Below, piece after piece: positions 11,530-21,540 of a stretch of DNA of 64,000 bases. Position 1 is the stretch's first letter; each line of letters starts with the position of its first letter. Under the pieces are notes generated by a model. It was given only the letters and a program-made list of their open reading frames with translations. It was not told where the DNA came from and did not search any database. A program made the translations under genes and the position numbers. The stretch is taken from positions 1,550,001 through 1,614,000 of the forward strand of contig OZ251234.1 in assembly GCA_965240325.2 (NCBI GenBank), written 5' to 3'. The DNA is from Rebecca billardiae RCC1528 (lineage: Eukaryota > Protista > Haptophyta).

Positions 11530-12800
11530 CCCCCCCTCGACAGCCATAGCCGCGAGCGAGTAGCGCCGCTCATCGCGCGCGCGTCGGGTGTCGCACACCA
11601 TGATGGCGTCGACGTGCCACTCAAACGTAGCAGCGTCGTCCGTCGCCTTCGTCATGATGTCGGCGTGGTACATTGACCTCACGCCACGTACTCCGCCTCC
11701 GTCGAGCTCAGCTGGGCCATAACCTGCAGCCCGCTGCTGTGCCACGACACCGGCGATCCATTGTAGAAGACAATGATGCAGCCACCCGTCGACCTCCACC
11801 CGGATTCCCCTGGGTTGTTAGACCAAACAGAGTCACCCAAAGTGAGCAAGTCGTCGAGCTCGTCAATCTCCGCGCGCTGGACCAACGCCTTGTCCGCGTC
11901 GGTCAGCCTCGCGCGCGCCGCTGCCTCTGGCAGCCGTATCCGCGTGCTCGCGTTCGTGCCGAATCGCTCGAGCCCGCCATCGATCGCCTCTGCGACCCGC
12001 GGCAACCCGCCCGCATCTGCGCGGCGGTCCCGCGCCAAAGTTGCGCCGGTGGTATCTCATACCACCAGTGCGACTGCGCCCATGGCGCGCCCGCACCGCC
12101 CCGATCGCCGGCCTGCGGCATCGGCGGCTGTGCGCCCGTGCGCCCGCGCTGCTGCGCCCGCGCTGACCCGCGCCCGCGCTGCTGCGCCCGCGCACCTGTG
12201 CTACGCGGCGGCCCGCCAGCATCTGCTGCGGCCCCGCGCCGGGATTCCGTCGGCGGGATCCGACCCTGCCGACCCAGGCTGTGTCGCTGACGCGCCTGCT
12301 CCGCCACGCCCGCCCTGCGGCGTCGGCGTCGACGGCTGTGCGCACGCGCTGCTGCGTCCGCGCGCTGTTCCGCGCCTGCGCTGCCGCGCCCGTGCGCTGT
12401 TCCGCACCTGCGCTGCCGCGCCTGCGCGCTCCGCGCCCGCGCTGCTGCGCTCGCGCGCTGTTCCGCGCCCGCGCTGCTGCGCCCGCGCGCTGTTCCGCGC
12501 CCGCGCTGCCGCGCCCGCGCGCTGTTCCGCGTCCGCGCTGCCGCGCTCGCGCGCCGACGCCGACGCATCTGCGTCGCCGTCGTTCCTGACGTCGAACTCC
12601 GTCGCGTCGTCGTCACCGGCGTCGGCCGGCGGCTCGCCGCCGTCGCCGTCATCGTCCTGCGCCGCGCGGCGGCCCGCCAGCATCTGCTGCGGCCCCGCGC
12701 CGTGATTCCGCCGGCGGTATCTGACCCTGCCGACCCGGCTGCGTCATCGACGCGCCTGTCCCGCCACGCCCGCCCTGCGGCGTCGGCGTCGACGGCTGTG

Positions 12801-13107
12801 CGCCCGCGCTGCTGCACCCGCGCTGTCCCGCGTCCACGCTGCTGCGCCCGCGCCCCGACGTTGACGCATCTGCGTCGTCGTCGTACCCGACGTCGAACTC
12901 TGTCGCGTCGTCATTCCCGGCGTCGGCTGGCTGCTCGCCGCCGTCGCCGTCATCCGCGCCCGCGCTGCTGCACCCGCGCTGTCCCGCGTCCACGCTGCTG
13001 CGCCCGCGCCCCGACGTTGACGCATCTGCGTCGTCGTCGTACCCGACGTCGAACTCTGTCGCGTCGTCATTCCCGGCGTCGGCTGGCTGCTCGCCGCCGT
13101 CGCCGTC
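12801..13107. repeat. 156-bp tandem duplication inside the LTR element
   Basis: Units start at 12801 and 12957 (cgcccgcgctgctgcacccg...). Related diverged copies lie at ~12200-12660. Confidence 0.9.
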
Positions 13108-14619
13108 CTCGTCCTCACCGTCGGCGTCACCGCCGACCGGACGATGTCCGCCGCTTACCGCGGCGCCGTCACCATCACCCACGTACGCGCCACCGTCAGG
13201 TGCGCCCAGCGACGAGTGCCCCCCCTCGACCAGGTCGGTCTCGTCGATGCGTACGTCACGCAAGTGAAGAGACGTCCGTCGTCTACACGACATACGTACC
13301 AGAGTACGTTGAAGCCACGGAGCTGCTCCGCGCGCGGCGCGCGCTGATCGCCGCCGCCGCTGCCTCCTCCGCCCTCGCAGCCAGTCGGTATCTCTCCGCC
13401 GTCTTGGCCGCCGCCACGATCCCCGCCGTCGCCACCGCCGCCTGAGCCAGGCGATGAGCTTCGTGCGTGGACGTGTGGGTGCCGCCGCCACCACCGGGCG
13501 TACGACCACCTGGTTCGGTGCGCCCAGCGCCGCCGAGCCACTGCCGCGCGCTGCTGCGCGCACACACGCCGCACCGGCGTCCTGCGCCGTGCGTGTGCTT
13601 CCGACGCCTCAGCGTCGGGTCCCCACCTGCCGCCGAATGATCTCGGCCCGCAGCATGGAATCGAGCTGAACCTCCCGGCGTGGGCCGAGTGCCATGCACT
13701 GCCCCGCCGTCACCCCGCACTCGCGCCTTGCGCGCGCGCGGATACCGCGACTCAAAGATCGCGCCAGCGCCGCCGTCTCGGCGGCACTGCCAGCTGCGCC
13801 TCGCGTCAGCTGCAGACGTAGTCTCGGCACCGCTGCGCCGCCCCGTCATGATCCCGCGCTCGCGCCTCGCGCGCGCGCGATTCCCGCGACTCAACAGTCG
13901 CGCCAGCGCCGCCATCTCGGTGGCACTGCCAGCTGCGCCTCGCGTCAGCTGCCGGCGTAGGACCAGTGCCAAGCACTTCGTGTCGCCAGATTCCACCCGG
14001 ACGATTCCGATAGATCCGGGTGTGCCAACCGCCGGACCTGTGTCCAGTCCGGTCGTGCCAGCCGTGCCAGCCGGACCGCAAAACCCAGTCCAGCTGCCAG
14101 CCGCCATCCGGTGCCCTAGACCACCGGACAGGTTGATGAGCCAGCCCCTCCGAGTAGATCGCCGAGCCCGCCGTCGCCGCCGTCAGCTGCCGTGCAGCCA
14201 CCCGGCGCTCGGGGTGCGTGCTCGCGCCGATCGTGCCAGTAGCGCTGCTCAGTCATCCGCCGCTGCACGCAGTAGTTCTCCTGCACCAGCTGCATCCGCT
14301 CAGATCCAATCGTGAGCTTCCGGGAGGCTGTCGTGTCGGGCTCATCACCGACAGGTACTGTTCCTCCCAATCGACGCGAAGTTCCGCGTCCGGGCCATGC
14401 GCGGAGATGATGCCGATGATCCCTGGCATCGTAGCGCCATGCCCCATCGAGAGCGTCGCCAGTTTGCCCGCGCTCTCGGCCAGGAACCTCTGCTGCATTC
14501 CATGCGACGCCAGAGTTCCTCGTTCCGCCCATCCTGCAACCGCGGCCGCTCGTGCCCATCAGCCCAATCGATGAGAAAGGACAGTGCGGACAACTCCCTC
14601 CCTGGGGTTGCTGCGCGCA

Positions 14620-15563
14620 TATTGGGATTACCGCAAGCTCCGAGCGTCTCGAGCCCTGCTAAAAGCTCACCGCGCACGACAGGACGGACGCCACCGCGAG
14701 GATCACATGCCTCGCGATCTCATCAGCTCTCAAGCCTCTGAACCTGGCCCTTATTTCCGGCGCTCTTGCGCCGGGCCAAAACAGCGATCGAGCTCCGATC
14801 GCTCCTGGGCTCGGGGCGGTAGTATCATCGCCGTGCCGACTTACCCAGATTTTGCCGCGATCAGCCAATCGGCGATCGCACCGTCCGTCCTGTTGCCGCT
14901 CAACTTTGTACCACTGCTTCTCGTCCATGTCCGGTGCTGCTCACCTGCTTTCCTTGGACAAATCCAGTGTACCAGCATGACGCCCGCGCTGCTCCGCGCT
15001 GCTCCGCGCTGCTCCGCGCTGCTCCGCGCTGCTCCGCGCTGCTCCGCGCTGCTCCGCGCTGCTCCGCGCTGCTCCGCGCTGCTCCGCGCTGCTCCGCGCT
15101 GCTCCGCGCTGCTCCGCGCTGCTCCGCGCTGCTCCGCGCGCTCCGCGCTGCTCCGCGCTGCTCCGCGCTGCTCCGCGCTGCTCCGCGCGCCCCGCGCTGC
15201 TCCGCGCGCCCCGCGCTGCTCCGCGCTCCCGCGCCGCTGCGCCCGCGCTGCTCCGCGCCCGCGCCGCTGCGCCCGCGCTGCTCCGCGCTCGCGCGTCTGC
15301 TGCCGCGCGCGTCCTGGACGCGCGCGCTGCCAGCCACTGCTCCGCAGCAGCTGCTGCCGCCGGCCCGCCTGATGCGGCGCCAGCCCTGACACCCCAGCGG
15401 CAACGCCATCTGCTGAGATGCGTGCCCCAGACTGTGCCAGTTCATCCGCACTGCTGCTCTGCAGCAGCTGCGCCGCCGGTCTGCCTGCTGCAGCACCGGC
15501 CCTGACTCACCGCCGGCGACGCCATCTGCTGAGATGCGCGCCCCTGGCCTCGTCAGCTCAACA
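14620..15563 (-). repeat. 5' LTR (944 bp), two extra 10-mer units
   Basis: Direct repeat of 10606-11529. The 20-bp length difference equals two minisatellite units. Confidence 0.95.
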
Positions 15564-16105
15564 GATTGTTATTGTGAGTGTGTAGTTATAGCAGACTATA
15601 GAATCAACTTTACGACGAGCGGTCATGATGCAGTACTGAGTATCATCAGTATACTCCGTCTCTAGTCTCTGCCGGCCGCACTCGAGCACTGACTCTGGGC
15701 TGGTTCGCTTGACCATATATTCCCATCGGCACCGCGCCTGCCATGAAGCGGTTACGCCGATCGTAGCACCGCTGGACCGATGGTCCTGCATCCACCGCCA
15801 GTCCGCCATCCCGGGCAGCTTGCGGCGGGGCAGCCGGGCACTCGGGCAGCAGACACAGTCCTGGGCAGCAGCAGCCCAGCCTTTCGTGCTGATGCAATTC
15901 AATTCGGCAATTCGTCGAATCACGATGGCGGCCAAATTTACATCAGCCTGCTCGATTCGCGAAGCGCTTTTGGGGTGATCGGTTTTGGAGATTTGGCGCG
16001 GCTCGAACAGAGCAGCCGAATTTTTGGCGCCACGCTTGTTCATCAGCCCGCCGCCGGCGTACGCTACCTACCGACGAGTGCGCCCGTCCGAGCCGCTTTT
16101 CCAAA

Positions 16106-16747
16106 ATGGAGTCGTGCAACGTCCGCTCGCTGGCCGTCAAGGTGAAGTTCGGCGACCTCTCTGTCGACTGTGGCTCGCCCAACGTCTCGCCCAACGTCTC
16201 ACCACACGTTCGTCGCTCAAAACGCCTACGGACGCGCAAGGGTGGCTTTTCGGCCTGCGCCCCGACGAAGGCTGCCCGTCTGCCGTCGCCGTGTGCCGAG
16301 GCTGCGGGCGATGACGGCGTGCGGGACAGCGATCTCTCCATGGGCACCTTCAGCCTCCAGCTGGGAACGTGCTTCAACGGTGCGAACGACACCGCACTCA
16401 TCATTGACCCCCTCGCATGCGTCGAGGACTCGCTCAAGGAGCTCAGCTTCTGCGCGGCTGACGTCGACATCAACGGCGTCGATGAGAACCTGGCCAACTC
16501 GTCTGGCGAGCCATCGCCGCCTCCGCTTCAGTCGGTGCGCCTGTCACCGCGGCACACGCTCGCGTGTGCCTTCAAGGTGAACCCGTATGCAACGGCAAGG
16601 GAGATGAGTGCGCTTGCTAAGCTGCTGGAGCTCGACACCGAGACCATTCGCGGCTGGTTCGAGCGGCGCCGCGCCCTCGAGAACGAGATGGACGGGCTGC
16701 GCGCCGCAGCGGCGCAGGGGCGGCTGTTTGACGCTCTGCTGGAATAA
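16106..16747 (+). CDS. Homeodomain protein (atypical recognition helix)
   Basis: C-terminal LACAFKVNPYATAREMSALAKLLELDTETIRGWFERRR fits homeodomain helices 1-3. Confidence 0.75.
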   Translation: MESCNVRSLAVKVKFGDLSVDCGSPNVSPNVSPHVRRSKRLRTRKGGFSACAPTKAARLPSPCAEAAGDDGVRDSDLSMGTFSLQLGTCFNGANDTALIIDPLACVEDSLKELSFCAADVDINGVDENLANSSGEPSPPPLQSVRLSPRHTLACAFKVNPYATAREMSALAKLLELDTETIRGWFERRRALENEMDGLRAAAAQGRLFDALLE

Positions 16748-16779
16748 GAGCAGGGTAGTTCGTCTGGCCCTTGTCACGT

Positions 16780-16783
<4 letters not shown>

Positions 16784-16812
<29 letters not shown>
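16784..16812. repeat. (GA)n microsatellite
   Basis: Directly visible downstream of the homeobox stop codon. Confidence 0.95.
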
Positions 16813-16813
<1 letters not shown>

Positions 16814-17248
16814 AGAGAGTTCTATAGATATGCGCTGCTGTCTTGCGTGCTGCATGCGCATGTGACTGACTGTCGATCTGATGATGATGCCGTCGGACGA
16901 TCGATCATAACGATCATCATTATTCATTCGATGCATGTCTGCGATTGCATGCGCGCACGTTGCAGCGCATATGCGGATCTTGCTGCTTGATGCGCATGAG
17001 TTCAGAGTAATCAGAGTTCAGATGCGTGCATGCATACGCGCCATGCTGATTGTCATTGCTGTTGACCTGGTCCTGATGGCGTCAGTGGCAGCCATCATGC
17101 CGGCGCACTGCATCACCATCGTCGCCAGAGGGACTACTCGGAAGTTCGCCCTGCGCGTGCTGTCGTCAGCACTGCACGTCAGCACAGCATGCCGCGCGCG
17201 CGCCGGCATGATCAGCGCTGGCATCCGTAGGCGGCGACGGCTCGCGTC

Positions 17249-20200
17249 TCACGACAGCTCAAAGCCGCAGCCCGCATTGACCGCGTACACGAGCTTGGTG
17301 CGCATCGTGTCCTCGTCCGGGTACGGCGGCAGCTTGAGCAGGTTCATGCAGGTCGCGCTCGTCGGCAGGCGCGCCTCTTCCGCGCTCGCCATCTGTATGC
17401 AGAACGGCGGCTGCAGCCACTGGAAGCCGAGCAGCGGCGGGCGCGCGGAGCTCGTGGCGAAGCGCAGCGTCGCCGCGCGCTGCTCCCCGTCCATCTCCTC
17501 GACCACGCGCCAGAACGCCTCGATCACCGGGTGAGCGTCGTGGTAGCCACTCGCGTACCGGGCGTGCGCGCGCCAGTCGGCCACGTCGATCGGCGCGTCC
17601 GAGCCCGAGAGTACCATTCCGAGCTCGCGCGGCGAGAACATCGAGATCCACGCGCCGGGCACGACGGCGGTGAAGCCGCGCATGAAGGCCGCGCTCGGCC
17701 GGCGCAGCTGCGCGTTCAGCCGGAAGTTGGCCACGAGGTAGATGTACTCTGTCAGCCCGTCCGCGCTCACGGCCGTGTGCCGGCCGTTGGGCTTGAGGTC
17801 GGTCGTGAACTCGCGCCCGCCCACCACGTCCGTCACCTGCGGGGGCGGCGGCGGAGGGGGCGGGGGGCACGCCGTCAGCGCGGTCGCGCGACGCGGCAGC
17901 GCGCCACGCCCCGCGCCGAGCGTGGCACGGCGCGCCGCGCGCCGATGCGTGCCGCGCGGTGCCTTGGTCCGCACCGCGCGGCGTTGCCGATGCATGCCGC
18001 GCGCGCGCGCGCGCGCGCGCGGTGCCTTGGTTCGCACCGCATACACGAGCGCAAGCTCGTCCAGAGGCCCGTCGTAGCTCTTGAGGAAGTGGAGGTTGCG
18101 CGCGAGCTCGGGGTCGAGCGAGGGCAGGTCGTTGACCGTGCTCGTGCGCCCGAGCAGCTTGGCGAGGAAGAAGGGCGCCAGCGGCACGTCGAGCAGGATC
18201 CCCTCGTACAGCGCCTTTGCGAAGAGCGAGCCGACGCACTCGAAGATAGCGTCGGGCTCAGGCAGCAGGTGGCGCGCGGCCGGGTGCGGGTAGAGCTCCC
18301 CCTCGGCGGTGGAGACGAAGAGGCTCGCCTCGGGCGCGCACGCCGCGCGGAGCACCTGCACCAAGTACTCCTTCATCACGCCCTCGCCCACGCCCGCCTC
18401 CTCGAGCCCCTGCGCGCGCCGAGCGCCGCGCCGAGCGGCACGCGCGGCGCGCGTGAAGACGACGACGGCGCGATCGCGCGCACGCGCCCGCTGCGCGCGC
18501 AGCCCGGCTGGGCGCGGCCCGCGGACGCCTCGGGCGTGGTGTGTGGCGCGGGCGGCGGGGTGGCGCGGGCGGCGTGCGCGGCGCGGCGGGCGCACCTGCT
18601 CGTTCACAAACTGCACGCGCAGCGGCAGCTTGAGCGCCGCGCCGTAGCTCCGAAGCGCGTCGAACGAATCCTGCACGATCGAAGGCCGCCTCACAACAAT
18701 GGGCTCTGGCCACAGCGCGCGCTCGATGCCAAGGCTGGCGCGGTCCGCGGCGATCCACGCGCGGAGCGCGGCAAGGCGGCCGTCGAAGGGGAGCGCGAAG
18801 GGCAAGTGCCGGAGCAGCGCGCCCGCGCGCTGCGCCTCCGCCGCGCCGCCGCCCGCGCCGCCGCCCACGCCCGGCGCGCCGCCCGCGCCGCCCAGCTCGG
18901 CCGACCCGTCGACCGCCTCCGGCGGCGCGTGCGACACAAGGGCAAGCGCCGCCGCGCACGTGCCACTTGGCGAGCCGCCTGCGAGCCAGACGGTGGCGTC
19001 GGGCGGCGTGCCGGCCGCGCCGCCGGCGGGCGCTCGCACGAACGGCCGCCGCGCGTCCCGCTCGTGCAGCGCGCGCAGTAGCTTCGTCAGCTCGGCGCGG
19101 AGCAGGCCGCTGAGCGCGCCGCCCGCGCCCGCCGCGGCCGCGCCGGCCGGGCGCGCGGGCGCGGCGCGGCCGAGCGGATCGGCTGCCGCGCGGCTTGCGC
19201 CGCCGGGCGGCGCGGCCGCGCTCGGCGGCGGCGGCGGCGGGTACGGCGAGCCCGCCGCGCCGCCGAGCGCGCCCATCGGCAAGCCCCCGGACTCCCGGAC
19301 CACCACCCCGGACTCCGAGAAGTCCGGGGGCGCCCAGTACATATGCACCGCCACTTCTTTGAGCGCAAGGCACATTTCACGCAGCGCGTCGGCGCGGGGC
19401 AGCACGGACGACGCGCCGGCGGAGGCACGCGCGCCCGGCGCGTGCGCGCCGCCGCCCGGCCCGGACCCGCCCGCACCCGCGCCCGCGCCCGCGCCCGGAC
19501 CCGCGCCCGGACCCGCGCCCGGACCGCCGAGCAGCTCGTCGTCTGACAGCACGACCAGCGCGTGGTTGGCCAGTTGGCAGAACAGGCAAAGCGGAGGCTG
19601 GAGCTCGGGCCGCAGCCACGCGCGGGGCCCGCCGCCCGCGCCGAGTGCCGACGCGCGCGCGAGCTCCCACAGCGCGACGCTCGTCGCGGCGCCGCGCGCG
19701 CGCGCGAGCGGCTGGAACGACAGCCGCGAGAGCGCGAGCACCGAGCTGTGCGCGCCGGACGAGCCGAGTGGCGCGCGCTCGCCGCCCGACGCGCGCGGCG
19801 CGCCGTGTGCAAAGAGCAGAGCGTAGATGGTGCAGAGCTGCCACAGGCCGGAGGTCTCGGCGTCGGCGCCGGGCTGCGCCGCCGCGCCGGGCTCGGGCAC
19901 CAGCGCGCCGAACACGGCGGCCGCGAGCTGGCTGTCCAGCAGCGCGTCCAGCTGCGAGTTAATTAAATCGAGCTGCTGCGCATAATTCGGGCTCGCCTCG
20001 CCGAGCGCGGGGCCGGCGCGCGCGCCCGCATCGACGTGCATCGCCGAGGGCCCGGCGCCGCCGCGCGCGGCGGTGGCGTCCGCCCCGTCGTCGTCGTCGT
20101 CCGAGGACGAGGCGCTCGCCGCGCCGCCGCCGCCCCCCGCGCCGCGCGCCTGGCTCCGAGACCGCGCTCGCTCCGCGTGAGCTTCAATCCACGGCCGCAG

Positions 20201-20587
20201 CGCCGCGTGCAAAGCGCGCACGTACGCGCGCGCCGCGCGCGCGCTCGGCGCGCCGTGCGCGAGGACCCAGCTGGCGAGGGTGACGATGGCGGCGGTGACG
20301 GCCTGCGCGCCGAGCGGCGCGGCCTCGTCGCTCGCGAGCTCGTGCAGCACCCCCTCCGCCTCCTCCGCCAGCCCCTCCAGCACGTGGCACAACAGAGGCA
20401 GGTCCTGGCGGAGTGCAGCGAGAAGTCTCGCGGAAAGACTCGCGGACCAGTCGGGCGCGGCGAGCGCGAAGCGGGCGAACTGGCGCGTCTGCGCACGCGC
20501 CTCCGCGGAGCGCGGGCCGAGCCCGAGCTCGAGCGGCGCGCGCAGCGAGCGCAGCGAGAGCGTGCGCAGTGCGAGCCCGGCGTCGAG

Positions 20588-20634
<47 letters not shown>

Positions 20635-21319
20635 GCCACGCGAGCGCGTGCGAGCCGGCGTCGCCGGCGGCGAGCGCGAGCGCGGGCGCGGCGCGGCGCG
20701 CGCGCTCGGCGTCCTCGGCGCGCAGGCTCCGCCCGGCCCACGCCCATGCCGACGCGTCCGTCAGGTAGCCGAGCAGAGCCACGTCCGAGTCCAGGCCGCG
20801 ACCAGCGCCGAGCGCGCGCACGGCCGCGCACGCGAGGCCGCGGGACTGCGCGAGCCAGCGCGCGGCGGCGGAGGGCGGGGCTGGTGCAGGCGGCGCGCCC
20901 CACGCCGCCGCGCACGCGTTCACGCGCGCGTCCTCGTGCGCCGCGTTCTCGAGCAGCAGCTCGAAGAGCGCGCCGCGCCGCTCGGCGCCCTTCCCGTCGT
21001 CCGGCCGCGCGCCCTCGACGACGAGGAGGGCGCGCGAGAGGCGCTCGAGGGCGGCGGGCGCGGCGGGCGTGCCACTCGCGCCCCGCGCCGCCGCGAGCAG
21101 CGCGTCCCACGCGCCTCGCTCGCGCTCAGCGAGCGCGCGCCGGCACGCCCGCCGGCGCGACGCGCTTTGGATGGCCACGGCCGCGCGCAGCTGCTGCCGC
21201 TGCTGCTGCCGCTGCTCGCGCTCGCGCGCGGCGCGTTCGAGGACGGTGCGCCGATCCTGCTGCTTCGACGAGCCGCGCAGCGTCACTTTGCGCTCGGGCG
21301 CGGCGCCGCCGAAGAACAT
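17249..21319 (-). CDS. HECT E3 ubiquitin ligase, UBE3C/UPL6-like; introns 18410-18595 and 17837-18037
   Basis: N-terminal MFFGG...IQSASR IQ-like motif. HECT motifs [28 protein letters not shown] and [17 protein letters not shown]...GFELS. GT-AG introns restore motif continuity. Confidence 0.93.
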
Positions 21320-21540
21320 GCCTGGCGCGGCGGACGAGGACCCACCCGCGCGCGTCCTCCCTCTCCTCGGCAGGCAATGTCGGCCCTGTCCCGCCCGCTC
21401 CGGCGACCAGCTCTCGAGCCGGACCGGGCCAAGCTGACGAATCGCGAAGCCCAAGCTTTGAGCTTTCCGAGGATCCCGCCCGACTCCCCGAGCGAGCTCA
21501 GGTCGCCCGCCATCGCTCGGCCGGGCGGCGCAAGCGCGCC

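Larger units (their letters stand above)
10606..15563 (-). mobile_element. Non-autonomous Ty1/Copia-type LTR retrotransposon (4958 bp), TSD GATTG
   Basis: Two near-identical LTRs. GATTG at 10601-10605 and 15564-15568. Minus-strand [12 protein letters not shown] abuts TGTTGAG. Copia RNase H remnants (DSVWSN..RSTGG..PVSWHS..SSTEAEYVA; ADIMTKA) and an integrase-tail remnant RDVRIDE are present. No RT core is visible. Confidence 0.93.

Noticed and set aside
10603-15496. ORFs with RAAPRCSALL / AEQRGAARSS repeats
   Set aside because: These are translations of the 10-bp LTR minisatellite, open in several frames on both strands.
20413-21540. N-terminal extension of the 2455-aa RAPTOR ORF
   Set aside because: It lies antisense to the HECT gene, is Arg/Ala low-complexity, and RAPTOR homology begins after ATG 21541.
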